NCBI RefSeq assembly: GCF_000007005.1
Contig: NC_002754.1
Reading direction: 5' to 3' (one strand)
Origin: Saccharolobus solfataricus P2
GTDB taxonomy: Archaea; Thermoproteota; Thermoprotei_A; Sulfolobales; Sulfolobaceae
Length of the DNA stretch: 64,000 bases
The position numbers were made by a program, and so were the translations under genes. This document shows positions 1 through 10,505 of this stretch, in pieces. Under the pieces are notes generated by a model that searched no databases, had not been told where the DNA came from, and was given only the letters and a program-made list of their open reading frames with translations. The first letter of the stretch is position 1; each line of letters begins with the position of its first letter.

Positions 1-1
1 T

Positions 2-1765
2 TATGAAAAGTTAGATTCCCTATGGCGTCATAGACCAGATTGGCTTAATGAGGCTAATTATTTCGTACTGGATGAACTACATTACCTTAACGATCCTGAA
101 AGAGGGCCAGTAGTTGAGAGCGTCACAATAAGGGCTAAAAGGAGAAATCTATTAGCATTGAGTGCTACAATAAGTAACTATAAGCAAATAGCTAAATGGT
201 TAGGAGCAGAACCAGTGGCAACGAATTGGAGACCAGTTCCCCTCATGGAGGGTGTTATGTATCCAGAGAGGAAAAAGAAGGAATATACTATACTTTTCAG
301 AGATAATACTGCCAGGAAGGTTCATGGAGATGACGCCATAATAGCTTATACTCTAGATAGTCTAAGCAAAAATGGACAAGTTTTAGTTTTTAGGAATTCC
401 AGGAAAATGGCAGAAAGCACAGCATTAAAGATTGCAAATTACATGAATTTTGTAAGTTTAGATGAGAAAGCCATATCTGAGATTTTAAAACAATTGGATG
501 ATATCGAGGAAGGTGGAAGTGATGAAAAAGAGTTACTAAAATCTCTTATAAGTAAGGGAGTCGCATATCATCACGCTGGACTATCAAAGGCGTTAAGGGA
601 TATAATAGAGGAGAGTTTCCGGAAAAGAAAAATAAAGGTGATCGTAGCAACTCCAACCTTGGCAGCTGGCGTAAATTTACCTGCTAGAACAGTAATAATA
701 GGAGATATTTATCGATTCAATAGGAAGATAGTTGGATATTACGATGAAATTCCAGTTATGGAATATAAGCAAATGAGCGGAAGAGCTGGTAGACCTGGTT
801 TTGATCAGATTGGCGAGTCAATAATTGTGGTAAGGGATAAGGAAGACGTAGATCGAGTATTTAAGAAATATATACTATCTGATGTTGAACCCATTGAATC
901 TAAACTGGGTAGTGAAAGGGCATTTTACACGTTCTTACTTGGCATACTTTCTGCTGAAGGTAGTCTGAGTGAAAAACAGCTGGAAGCCTTTGCATATGAA
1001 TCTCTGCTTGCAAAGTCAGTAGTTGACGTTTATTTTGATAGGGCCATAAGGTGGCTATCAGAGCATTCTTTTATCAGAGAGGAAAATAATACGTTTACTT
1101 TAACTAATTTTGGAAAGAGGGTTGCTGATCTATATATAAATCCATTTACTGCTGACATCATAAGAAAGGGGCTTGAGGGATATAAGGCTTCGTGTGAAAT
1201 AGCTTACCTCCATTTACTAGCGTTTACTCCAGATGGACCATTAGTATCAGTTGGAAGGAATGAGGAAGAAGAGCTAATTGAATTGCTGGAAGACCTAGAG
1301 TGTGAGCTGTTAGTAGAGGAACCTTATGAGGAAGACGAATATTCTCTTTACTTAAATGCGTTAAAAGTGGCGTTGATAATGAAGGATTGGATAGATGAAG
1401 TTGATGAAGATACCATATTGGGTAAATATAACATAGGTTCTGGAGATTTGAGAAATATCGTTGAAACTATGGACTGGTTAACCTATAGTGCTTACCATTT
1501 ATCTAAAGAGTTAAGGTTAGATGATCACAGCGATAAACTTAGGATCTTGAACTTAAGAGTGACTGATGGTGTAAAGGAAGAGCTATTAGAATTAGTTCAA
1601 ATAGGTGGTGTAGGTAGGAAGAGAGCTAGATTATTGTACAATAACGGAATTAAAGGACTAGGTGATGTTGTAATGAATCCAGATAGAGTTAGGAACTTGT
1701 TAGGCCAAAAGCTAGGTGAGAGAGTTGTCCAAGAGGCTGCAAGATTACTTAATAGATTTCATTAA
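2..1765 (+). CDS. hel308: Hel308/Hjm Ski2-like SF2 DNA helicase, 5' end outside the window
   Basis: The frame is open from base 2 ([10 protein letters not shown]...VLDELH, motif II) and continues into the tracked ORF: SAT motif [31 protein letters not shown] and a C-terminal HhH. Confidence 0.95.
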   Translation, partial: YEKLDSLWRHRPDWLNEANYFVLDELHYLNDPERGPVVESVTIRAKRRNLLALSATISNYKQIAKWLGAEPVATNWRPVPLMEGVMYPERKKKEYTILFRDNTARKVHGDDAIIAYTLDSLSKNGQVLVFRNSRKMAESTALKIANYMNFVSLDEKAISEILKQLDDIEEGGSDEKELLKSLISKGVAYHHAGLSKALRDIIEESFRKRKIKVIVATPTLAAGVNLPARTVIIGDIYRFNRKIVGYYDEIPVMEYKQMSGRAGRPGFDQIGESIIVVRDKEDVDRVFKKYILSDVEPIESKLGSERAFYTFLLGILSAEGSLSEKQLEAFAYESLLAKSVVDVYFDRAIRWLSEHSFIREENNTFTLTNFGKRVADLYINPFTADIIRKGLEGYKASCEIAYLHLLAFTPDGPLVSVGRNEEEELIELLEDLECELLVEEPYEEDEYSLYLNALKVALIMKDWIDEVDEDTILGKYNIGSGDLRNIVETMDWLTYSAYHLSKELRLDDHSDKLRILNLRVTDGVKEELLELVQIGGVGRKRARLLYNNGIKGLGDVVMNPDRVRNLLGQKLGERVVQEAARLLNRFH

Positions 1766-1766
1766 T

Positions 1767-1901
1767 TTGCCAAACGGAGAAATATTCATTGTAAGGGATG
1801 AGTGTAATACATTAAAAAGGCTTAGGCTAATCCTTTTAGCCTTGGGTCAAGAGGTACAACTTAACAATTGTGAAGAGTTGATTTGTAGAAAAAAGATTTG
1901 A
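1767..1901 (+). CDS. small hypothetical protein (~44 aa)
   Basis: A TTG start 1 nt after the helicase stop, in the frame of tracked ORF 1716-1901. No family recognised with confidence. Confidence 0.4.
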   Translation: MPNGEIFIVRDECNTLKRLRLILLALGQEVQLNNCEELICRKKI

Positions 1902-3473
1902 TCAGAGAGGTATGTTGCCATGTTTCTTGGGGTATCTGAATTCCCTCTTATTTCTTAACATTTCTAATCCTCTAGCTATTACATTTCTGGTGTCCTTAGG
2001 CTCAATGACGTCATCTATTAAACCTTTCTCAGCTGCCCAATAAGGATTAGCGAACAATTTCTTGTATTCTGTAATTTTTTGTTTCAAGAGTTCCTCTGGA
2101 TTTTGAGCACTTTGTATTTCCCTTCTATATAATATTCTAACTGCACCTTCTGGACCAGTTACAGCTATCTCCGCAGAAGGCCAAGCATAAACTAAATCAG
2201 CACCTAAACTTTTAATGCTCATTGCAATATGAGCACCACCATAAGACCTTCTTACAATAACCGTAATTTTTGGTACTGTGGCCTCAGCGAATGCGTATAA
2301 CATTTTAGCACCATGCCTTATTATCCCTTTATACTCTTGGTCCGTCCCTGGAACATATCCTGGAGTGTCAACTAAGCTTATTACCGGTATATTGAACGCA
2401 TCGCAGAATCTGATAAATCTAGCAGCCTTATCCGCAGCGTCAATATCTATTGCTCCTCCATAATATGCTGAATTATTTGCGACAATTCCCACAACGTTCC
2501 CATTTATCCTTCCAAATCCCACAGTAATATTTTGCGCCCACAATTTGTGAACTTCCAGGAATTCGCTATTGTCAACTATATTGTATATTAAGTCCCTTAT
2601 ATCAAATGGTTTTACTGAGTCTGTAGGTACAATCGATTCAGCACTCTGCACTGCCCTATCAGCAGGATCACCGGTATCAACATATGGAGGTTCTTCCATA
2701 TTGTTTGAAGGCAAGTAAGACAATAACCTCTTAGTTATGTTTATTGCATCTTGTTCATTTTCAGCCACAAAGTGAACTACTCCAGATTTTGTTGCGTGTA
2801 TTATTGCACCACCTAGGTCTTGATAACTCACTTCTTCGCCTATTGACACTTTAGTAATCTCTGGTCCGGTTACAAACATGTAATATGCGTCTCCTTTTAT
2901 CATTATTAAGAAGTCAGTAAGAGCAGGAGAGTAGACTGCACCTCCAGCTGCCGGTCCTGCCATAATGGTAATTTGTGGAATTACTCCAGAAGCCATTACG
3001 TTCATCTTGAACACTGCACCATATCCTTCTAGCGATAGTGCACCCTCTTGTATTCTTGCTCCACCAGAATCGTTTATTCCTATTACTGGAGCACCAACTT
3101 TTAGGGCTAGCTCATAAGCTCTAACTATCTTATTTGCGTGTGTTTCTCCTAGGCTTCCTCCGAGTATCGTAAAGTCTTGAGCATAGGCGAAAACTTGTCT
3201 ACCATCAATTTTTCCCCATCCAGCTATTACTCCATCTCCGTAAAACCTATTCTTATCCAACCCAAATTCAGTTGCTCTAGTAGTGGCAAAAGTCAATATT
3301 TCATTGAACTTTCCTTCATCGAACAGCTGATTTAATCTCTCCCTTGCCGTTAGTTTACCTTTACCATGCTGGAAGTTTATCTTCTCTTCTCCTCCACCCT
3401 TATATACCTTTTCCTTTAATATTTTCAAATCTTCAATTAATTTATCCATTGAAGGCTTTTCATATAGAGCCAT
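1902..3473 (-). CDS. pccB: acetyl-CoA/propionyl-CoA carboxylase, carboxyltransferase subunit
   Basis: Motifs GKLTARER, DSGGARIQEG, DTPGY..G..QE..GIIRHGAK and KKHGNIPL; in an operon with BCCP and biotin carboxylase. Confidence 0.95.
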   Translation of the reverse strand: MALYEKPSMDKLIEDLKILKEKVYKGGGEEKINFQHGKGKLTARERLNQLFDEGKFNEILTFATTRATEFGLDKNRFYGDGVIAGWGKIDGRQVFAYAQDFTILGGSLGETHANKIVRAYELALKVGAPVIGINDSGGARIQEGALSLEGYGAVFKMNVMASGVIPQITIMAGPAAGGAVYSPALTDFLIMIKGDAYYMFVTGPEITKVSIGEEVSYQDLGGAIIHATKSGVVHFVAENEQDAINITKRLLSYLPSNNMEEPPYVDTGDPADRAVQSAESIVPTDSVKPFDIRDLIYNIVDNSEFLEVHKLWAQNITVGFGRINGNVVGIVANNSAYYGGAIDIDAADKAARFIRFCDAFNIPVISLVDTPGYVPGTDQEYKGIIRHGAKMLYAFAEATVPKITVIVRRSYGGAHIAMSIKSLGADLVYAWPSAEIAVTGPEGAVRILYRREIQSAQNPEELLKQKITEYKKLFANPYWAAEKGLIDDVIEPKDTRNVIARGLEMLRNKREFRYPKKHGNIPL

Positions 3474-3497
3474 TTATCTCACCTCATAACTGTAAAA

Positions 3498-4007
3498 CTA
3501 TTTTATAACAATTAAAATATCTCCCTTCTTTACACCTTGTCCTTCCTTGATCAGAATTTTTTGCACGATCCCACCTATTGGCGATGAGATTACCGTTTCT
3601 GCCTTCATTGCCTCAATGGATAACAAAGGTTGACCCTTATTTACTGCATCCCCTTCCTTTACTCTAATCTTAACTACCCTTCCAAATAATGGAGATACAA
3701 TTTCTCCTTCCTTTCCTCTAATTATTTCCTCAACTCTTTCTTCTCCTTTTATGGGAATTTCAGTTACCTTATCTAACCTTAAGAAATCCTGATGGTTAAA
3801 TATCAAAGTACCATCAGACTCTATGAAAACATAATATTTTTTCCCATTAATCTCAAATAAATACTCATTTTCCCTATTGCCTGATCCTAGATATTTTACC
3901 TCATAATTTTTATCTCCTATTTTTATTTTATCAAGACTGTTGTTGCTCTGTTCATAAGATACTAAATACATATCTCCCAATTCGCTATAAAGTCTAAATA
4001 ATCTCAT
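3498..4007 (-). CDS. accB: biotin carboxyl carrier protein (169 aa)
   Basis: EAMK biotinylation motif. The start is placed at ATG 4007, which overlaps the accC stop (TAATG coupling), not at the tracked 4058. Confidence 0.92.
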   Translation of the reverse strand: MRLFRLYSELGDMYLVSYEQSNNSLDKIKIGDKNYEVKYLGSGNRENEYLFEINGKKYYVFIESDGTLIFNHQDFLRLDKVTEIPIKGEERVEEIIRGKEGEIVSPLFGRVVKIRVKEGDAVNKGQPLLSIEAMKAETVISSPIGGIVQKILIKEGQGVKKGDILIVIK

Positions 4008-5539
4008 TACCACAACACCCTTGGAGAGGATTGGAATATGATACCATAAGTTTTCCAATTACTTTTACCATTACTAGTTGAGATGGGTACTTTCTGTTCA
4101 GTTTTTTTCTTCTTCATCAATCCCCTATTATAAATCGAAATGGCTATTGCAATTTGTATCTCTTGTTCTTCTTTTAATTTGGTCGTAAAGTACTCTGCTT
4201 TCTCAGATATATATGCAGTAGTGAAATTACCTTCCCAGAAGTCTGGATCTTGCAAGATCAACTTATATAATGGAATTGTAGTTTTAACTCCTCCTATTTT
4301 ATAATCGTTTAGAGCCCTTAGTCCGACTTGAATCGCGTAGTCTCTACTTTGTCCATAAACAATTAACTTGGAAACAAGGGGATCATAATATGGTGGAACC
4401 CATGAACCAAGTTCTATACCGCTATCCACTCTCACACCGGGACCAGTTGGTTCCTTATAATAGGTTATGTATCCGGATTGAGGCGTGAAGTTATTTAATG
4501 GGTCCTCAGCGTTAATTCTAAACTGTATTGCATGTCCTCTTATTTTCAAGTCTTCTTGAGAAAAAGGTAAATATTCACCAGCAGCTAGTCTTATCTGTAA
4601 TTTGACTAAGTCTATTCCAGTTATGAACTCAGTGACTGTGTGCTCTACTTGAACTCTTTTATTAATTTCTAAGAAGTAAAATTCACGAGTAACTGGTGAG
4701 AACACGAACTCCATGGTACCTAAGGTAAAGTAGTTAATTTCTTTCCCAAATCTTATTGACGCCTCAATAATCTCCTTTCTTTCCTCTTCTTTAATGGATG
4801 GAGAGGGGGCTTCTTCGATTAACTTTTGGTTCCTTCTTTGAATTGTGCATTCTCTTTCAAAGGCGACTACGTAATTTCCATACTTATCTCCTATCAATTG
4901 CGTTTCAATGTGTTTTGGTTTTATAGCAGCCTTTTCTATGTAAATTTCTGCCCTGCCAAAGGCAGAGTACGCTAATCTTTTGCTTCTTTCAAAAGCCTCA
5001 GCTAGTTCACTAGGATTATCAACCTTTATAATACCCACTCCTGCTCCACCTCCCGCAGCCTTCAACATTATGGGATATCCTATTTCTCCAGCTATCTTTA
5101 ACGCCTCATCTACATTTTCAATTGGTGTTAAAGGTCCAGGGGACGTGGGGACACCAGCCTTTCTAGCTATCATCTTTCCTTCCAATTTGTCCTTGATTCT
5201 ATTCATTACAGAAGCAGAAGGTCCTATGAAAACCATTCCAGCTTTTTCAACAGCTTCTACAAAAGACGCGTTTTCGGAAAGGAACCCATAACCGGGATGT
5301 ACAGCATCTGCATGAGCCTTTTCTGCCGCATCGATAATTCTTTCAATATTCAAGTAACTTTCTAAAGCTGGAGGTGGCCCTATCCAATAAGCTTCATCTG
5401 CATATTTAACGTGGGGGGCATATTTATCAGCATCAGAATATACAGCAACTGCCTTCATTCCCATTTCTTTTACGGCTTTCATAACCCTTATGGCAATTTC
5501 TCCTCTGTTGGCTACGAGAACTTTATTAAAGGGTGACAT
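4007..5539 (-). CDS. accC: biotin carboxylase subunit
   Basis: Motifs VLVANRGEIA, HPGYGFLSEN, ECTIQRRNQKLIEE and RINAEDP. Confidence 0.96.
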   Translation of the reverse strand: MSPFNKVLVANRGEIAIRVMKAVKEMGMKAVAVYSDADKYAPHVKYADEAYWIGPPPALESYLNIERIIDAAEKAHADAVHPGYGFLSENASFVEAVEKAGMVFIGPSASVMNRIKDKLEGKMIARKAGVPTSPGPLTPIENVDEALKIAGEIGYPIMLKAAGGGAGVGIIKVDNPSELAEAFERSKRLAYSAFGRAEIYIEKAAIKPKHIETQLIGDKYGNYVVAFERECTIQRRNQKLIEEAPSPSIKEEERKEIIEASIRFGKEINYFTLGTMEFVFSPVTREFYFLEINKRVQVEHTVTEFITGIDLVKLQIRLAAGEYLPFSQEDLKIRGHAIQFRINAEDPLNNFTPQSGYITYYKEPTGPGVRVDSGIELGSWVPPYYDPLVSKLIVYGQSRDYAIQVGLRALNDYKIGGVKTTIPLYKLILQDPDFWEGNFTTAYISEKAEYFTTKLKEEQEIQIAIAISIYNRGLMKKKKTEQKVPISTSNGKSNWKTYGIIFQSSPRVLW

Positions 5540-5677
5540 ACTATATTAATATAGTTAGACTGGTTTAAAAGTTTTTAACATTAGGAATTTGGGCTTAGTC
5601 GATTTTTTAAAAAATTTTCATTATAAAATCCTTTATGCATGCAAGATTTTGTTTTTTAAACCATTTGTATATGGTGT

Positions 5678-5840
5678 TGGCGATTCACGGATCCATTGCG
5701 AATTGTAATTTGTGAATAATATAAATATAAAAGTGTTAACACGATTAAGCATGTATTTCCTTTATAAAACGTTTTCACCCGATTAAATTCATCATTGTTT
5801 TTGAAATATAGTGAATTCACAATGGAAATCTGAATAGCCC
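5678..5840. mobile_element. degenerate MITE, ~163 bp, SM4-like size class
   Basis: Imperfect ~27-bp terminal inverted repeats (TGGCGATTCACGGATCCATTGCGAATT and AATTCACAATGGAAATCTGAATAGCCC). ATGGTGT is duplicated at 5671-5677 and 5841-5847. It is colinear with the copy at 44384-44547. Confidence 0.8.
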
Positions 5841-5910
5841 ATGGTGTGCAAAGTATGATCTTGTGAGATATAGTTCAGCAAAATTTTTAATGTAATCCTT
5901 TTTATAGTAA

Positions 5911-5967
5911 GTGAGGATGACGAATCCGGGAACTGATCAGTGAGGACATGCGCGAACGCTGATTCAT
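5911..5967 (+). ncRNA. C/D-box methylation guide sRNA
   Basis: C box AGGATGA 5914-5920, 12-nt guide, D' box CTGA 5933-5936, C' box GTGAGGA 5940-5946, 12-nt guide, D box CTGA 5959-5962, terminal stem GTGAG/TTCAT. Confidence 0.85.
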
Positions 5968-7571
5968 GCTAAATAAATTCCTTCCTCTGCCACATATTTC
6001 TCTCTTGCCAAATCCATCATCTTCCTCGTGAAAAATATTGAGTAAATCATTACTACTATTCCAAATATTAACGAGTCCCATGCTGCAAGAGGGATATTTC
6101 CATTTGCAGTAGCTACTGCAATACTCTTCATAATACCATGGCTGACTTGCAATGTGTAACTGTTTGAAATTTCCCAATATTCTCCTATTGCCAAACCTCC
6201 CCATGCACTATTTATCGTGCTGGAAAGTCCTGAAATTATATATGGAAATGTTGAAGGTATAATTACATATCTTAACTTATGCCAGAAGGAGAAATTATAG
6301 TTTTTCATTATCTCCCAGTATTGATTAGGCATGTTCTTTATCCCAAGCCAATAACTATAGAAAACGTAATAGAAAGTTGATATGAAACCTAAAAGTATTA
6401 CGTAAAATTCATCAGTCCAACTTCCAAATACACTATGAATAAAACTAATGGTAGCTGTAAAAAGTAATGGAAAGTAGGCCGGAGCTGGAAAAGACGCATA
6501 TGTTTGTATTGCCGGGATTAATACTTTTTCTACTCTTTCACGAGTTGCGATGAAATATCCTAGAAATATTGAGAATACTAGACTAACAATTGCAATGAAA
6601 AGAACTCTTATGTAGTCTATCAAAAGGTTGAAAAGAACGTTGGGAGTGGTTGAGATTAAGTAAAGCCATACCGATTTAGGTACTGAGGAAATTGTAGAGA
6701 AAGCCCCATAAACTAATAATCCCAATAAAAGTACCGAGATTCCAATGCCCAAATATCTCCAAGGTAAGTTCCTTCTAGTCTCCTCTTCGCTACTTGCGCT
6801 TCTGCTTCCAATTCTCGTTACATATTTAGATAACTTGACAAAAGGAGCTATTGTGTTTGACATTCTCGTGGCATATCTTATTCTCATTCTACCTCTTTTG
6901 GTTACTTTTATTTCAGTGTCTAACCCATATTTGGACACTGTATAGTTGGCAAATCTTCTTAATAAATATGTAAATATAATTATAGGAATTGCAAGAATTC
7001 CTAATCCATCTAAGGCTAGAGTATACTCTTGCGATGCAGTAAACTCCCCAATTAATGTACCTATACCAAATACGTGGTAACTAGAACTGCCTATGGAGAA
7101 AACCTCACTAACGGTAATATAGAAGATCGCGTCAGCGAAACTGGGTATAAGGTTAGCTGCTATTCTAGGCCATGAATAAGGGATATATAGTTTTGCCATT
7201 TTACCTAGAAAGCCTAATCTATAGTTTTCACTAACTTCTAAAAGGTCGCTCGGAACAGTCTTGAAAGCCTGATATATCCCTATCCATATATTCCATACTA
7301 CAGCAGTGAAAACTAGAAAATCCACGGCTAATTCTATACCGATATATCCACCTATCCTATATACAAAGAATATTAGAACAACTGGAAAGAATGAAATAAC
7401 TGGAACTGATTCGAAAATTTCTACAACTGAAATATAGATATTTTCAAACGCCTTACTTTTTATTGCTATATACCCTAGAAACCACCCGGTAATTATTGAC
7501 AATCCTATTGTAAGAAAAACCCTACCTAATGATGCTAGAGAGGCCAAAAATATCAGCAAAATCTCATTCAT
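5964..7571 (-). CDS. ABC transporter permease with two fused TM domains (NitT/TauT-like)
   Basis: Two BPD_transp-like halves with EAA-like loops (LLEVSENYRLG and YWEIMKNYNFS); directly downstream of an ABC ATPase. Confidence 0.85.
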   Translation of the reverse strand: MNEILLIFLASLASLGRVFLTIGLSIITGWFLGYIAIKSKAFENIYISVVEIFESVPVISFFPVVLIFFVYRIGGYIGIELAVDFLVFTAVVWNIWIGIYQAFKTVPSDLLEVSENYRLGFLGKMAKLYIPYSWPRIAANLIPSFADAIFYITVSEVFSIGSSSYHVFGIGTLIGEFTASQEYTLALDGLGILAIPIIIFTYLLRRFANYTVSKYGLDTEIKVTKRGRMRIRYATRMSNTIAPFVKLSKYVTRIGSRSASSEEETRRNLPWRYLGIGISVLLLGLLVYGAFSTISSVPKSVWLYLISTTPNVLFNLLIDYIRVLFIAIVSLVFSIFLGYFIATRERVEKVLIPAIQTYASFPAPAYFPLLFTATISFIHSVFGSWTDEFYVILLGFISTFYYVFYSYWLGIKNMPNQYWEIMKNYNFSFWHKLRYVIIPSTFPYIISGLSSTINSAWGGLAIGEYWEISNSYTLQVSHGIMKSIAVATANGNIPLAAWDSLIFGIVVMIYSIFFTRKMMDLAREKYVAEEGIYLA

Positions 7572-8336
7572 TATTATTCCCTCCCTTCTTTACTGGGGTT
7601 AAGAGCGCATAAAGTATATCTAAATACTCTTGAAAACTTTCATCCTTTGGATTTCTTGGTCTTTCCAGTTTTATTTCTACTTCTCCAATTACTGTAGCTG
7701 GTCTTCCGTTCAAAACATAAACTCTATCAGCTAATTCCACTACTTCGCTCAAATTATGAGATACTAAAACTACGCTATGGAGTGTAGTAGATTCATTAAA
7801 TAGCATTGAATGTACTTCTTGCCTTAAACCCTCTGCAGTTAATTCGTCTAAGTGTGAAAACGGTTCATCCATTAAAAGCACTAATGGATTAGCAGCTAAA
7901 GCCCTAGCTATTGCTATTCTTTGTCTCATTCCTCCACTCATTTGTTTTGGATAAAAGTCCTCAAAACCTTGAAGCCCTACTACTTCTAGCATATGCTTAG
8001 CTAATCTGTCTTCTTCTTCTTTGGGTAATTTCCTATATTTTAAGCCTAGTTTAACATTTTCCAACGCAGTTAACCAAGGAAAAGTGGCTATTGACTGGTG
8101 TATTAGTGCAATTTTTGGCGTTGGGCTAGTTACCTTTTTTCCTAATAATCTAATTTCCCCCTTAAGTGGTTTTACGAATCCCCCTAATACTCTTAGGAGT
8201 GTTGATTTACCAATCCCAGACGGACCTACTATAGCTATAAGCTCCCTATCCTTAGTATACATGTTGATATTTTCGAACACTAAATATCCGTTTGGGTAAG
8301 CGTAAGCTATATCTACGGCCTCTAGGATTCTTCCAA
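7564..8336 (-). CDS. ABC transporter ATP-binding protein (NitT/TauT family), probable 1-nt frameshift near the 5' end
   Basis: Walker A GPSGIGKS, signature MSGGMRQR, Walker B LLMDEPF. The in-frame N-terminal strand ILEAVDIAYAYPNG lies upstream of the tracked GTG 8280. The SD-linked TTG at 8336 is 1 nt out of frame. Confidence 0.85.
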
Positions 8337-8403
8337 CAGCTTCACCGTTTTCTCTCTTCTTATAAATTCTTAAAAGCTTTTCGACTGTTTTTCCTATTGT
8401 AAA

Positions 8404-8643
8404 CTACATTGGGGATTTATCTTTATGACGAAAAATATTGAGAATTCTTCTTAATTTCAAAAACGAATTTATTATTAATAATTCTATTAGGAAAATCAAA
8501 CAAAGATATACAACATTAAATGGCATTGTAGTTAAAAGCTGGTATACTGCATACCCATAAATGACTTTAACACTCTCTATTCCAATCCCATAATCAACGA
8601 TTGTAAGCATTAGGGAGACCAAACCGATAATAATCCACTTCAC
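8404..8643 (-). CDS. small hypothetical membrane protein
   Basis: 79 aa with two hydrophobic segments, lying between co-oriented genes. Confidence 0.65.
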   Translation of the reverse strand: MKWIIIGLVSLMLTIVDYGIGIESVKVIYGYAVYQLLTTMPFNVVYLCLIFLIELLIINSFLKLRRILNIFRHKDKSPM

Positions 8644-8676
8644 AATATTAGTATTAAAAACTAAAAAATAAACTTT

Positions 8677-9174
8677 TTAGTTTCGGTTTACTGTCTGCAT
8701 CTTCTTTAGATATTCCATTATTCCTCCAGCTTGTAGAATCTCTAGTGCCATCCCTGTTATGCCCTTTCCCTTAAGCACCTTATTACCAACCAAGATTTCA
8801 CCAGTCTCCACGTCAATTTTGACGTAACTGTTTTCATCTATCTCCTTCGTGGAATTAGGCAACGTTATGACTGGTAAACCATTATTTATCGCATTCCTAT
8901 AGAATATTCTAGCGAATGACTCAGCAACTACTGCCTTAACTCCAGCAGCCTTTAGGGCTATGGCAGCTTGTTCTCTTGAGGATCCCATTCCAAATACTTT
9001 ACCCGCAACTATTATAACACCCTTTGATGCCTTCTTGTAAAACTCTGGGTCTAATGGTTCCATAACGTGCTGTGCTAAATACTGTGGGTCAGTATATTTT
9101 AAGTACCTAGCTGGAATTATTATATCAGTATCTATTTTATCACCAAACTTAATTACTGGACCTTCTATTATCAT
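8677..9174 (-). CDS. leuD: 3-isopropylmalate dehydratase/homoaconitase family small subunit
   Basis: Motifs [21 protein letters not shown] and [15 protein letters not shown]. Confidence 0.93.
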   Translation of the reverse strand: MIIEGPVIKFGDKIDTDIIIPARYLKYTDPQYLAQHVMEPLDPEFYKKASKGVIIVAGKVFGMGSSREQAAIALKAAGVKAVVAESFARIFYRNAINNGLPVITLPNSTKEIDENSYVKIDVETGEILVGNKVLKGKGITGMALEILQAGGIMEYLKKMQTVNRN

Positions 9175-10422
9175 TCAGATCACCCTGGGATCTGTAATCT
9201 TACCTTCTAATGCGCTAATTGCAGCAACAGCGGGACCAGATAAGTAAACTTTAGCCTCATTACTTCCCATTCTCCCTTTAAAGTTTCTGGAACTTGTTGA
9301 TACAATATTCTCACCTGGACCAGCTATACCGAAATGACCACCTAGGCATGGTCCACAAGTTCCATACGTTACAATACAACCAGCATCAACTAATGTTTGT
9401 ATATAACCTCTTTCTAAAGCCTCCTTAAACATTCTGTAAGACGCAGGGATGGCGATGCACCTACTCTTGACCTTCTTTCCTTTCATTATTTTAGCAGCTA
9501 TTTCGAAATCGCTCAACCTACCATTTGTACAAGAGCCTATGTAAACTTGATCTACTGGAGTACCTTCTAACTCATTTACGACCTTAACATTATCTACACT
9601 ATGTGGAGCAGCAACTAGTGGTTCCATTTCGTCTAGTTGAATAGTGTATTCATCAACGTATTTAGCGCCGTTATCTGGTGTAACAAGTTCTGGTTCGTAT
9701 CCTCTCATCTCTTTGATGTATCTCTTAGTCTCTTGATCTGGTATGAACATTAATGCATCAGCATTCATTTCAATTCCCATATTTGATACTGTTGCCCTAT
9801 AATCCATTGGAAAACTTAACGGATCCTTGACGAAGATTTCTAACGTCATTCCATTAAAGTAATCTGCCTTAAAGTCTCCTAGCAATTTTAGTGCAACGTC
9901 CTTCCCAGTTATCCATTTAGCAGGTTTTCCTTCTAAAACTACTTTAAATGGTTGTGGCACTACTAGCCAAGTTTTACCAGTTATTAAAGCGGCTGCAATA
10001 TCACTAGCTCCCATACCTTGAGCAAATGCTCCTACAGCACCGGATGTGGTTGTGTGACTATCAGCTGCTAAAATAACTTGTCCAGGGTTGGCGTATTGCT
10101 CTATCATGACTTCATGTAAAATTCCGTAATTTATATCATAAAAATTAGGAATACCTTCCGATTTCACGAACTTTCTTATATAGCCTTGAATTTCTGCACT
10201 CCTTACATCTGGAGGTGGAGCTAAATGATCAAAAGCTATTACTAATTTACTTTTATCGAAAACTTTAATCATGTTAGCCTTTTCCATTACCTCAATCACG
10301 TGATAACCAGTTAAGTCATGAAATGCTACTAAGTCTACTTTAGCCTCTATAACGTCTCCAGGCGAGACATCCTTTCCCGATGCTCTGCTTAAAATTTTCT
10401 CAGTTAACGTTTTTGCCGACAT
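9175..10422 (-). CDS. leuC: 3-isopropylmalate dehydratase/homoaconitase family large subunit
   Basis: Motifs FDHLAP and ADSHT, the Fe-S ligands in GSCTNGR and CGPCLG, and [10 protein letters not shown]. Confidence 0.95.
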   Translation of the reverse strand: MSAKTLTEKILSRASGKDVSPGDVIEAKVDLVAFHDLTGYHVIEVMEKANMIKVFDKSKLVIAFDHLAPPPDVRSAEIQGYIRKFVKSEGIPNFYDINYGILHEVMIEQYANPGQVILAADSHTTTSGAVGAFAQGMGASDIAAALITGKTWLVVPQPFKVVLEGKPAKWITGKDVALKLLGDFKADYFNGMTLEIFVKDPLSFPMDYRATVSNMGIEMNADALMFIPDQETKRYIKEMRGYEPELVTPDNGAKYVDEYTIQLDEMEPLVAAPHSVDNVKVVNELEGTPVDQVYIGSCTNGRLSDFEIAAKIMKGKKVKSRCIAIPASYRMFKEALERGYIQTLVDAGCIVTYGTCGPCLGGHFGIAGPGENIVSTSSRNFKGRMGSNEAKVYLSGPAVAAISALEGKITDPRVI

Positions 10423-10505
10423 CAATAAGGAGTTAAAATTATTAATAAATAAGCATTTCTTACGAAGAAATTACATTTACATCGTACTAAATCCGAAAAA
10501 GAAAC

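Noticed and set aside
5902-6204. 100-aa ORF overlapping the permease end
   Set aside because: It is an alternative frame of a real gene, and the GC-richer tail is explained by the C/D sRNA.
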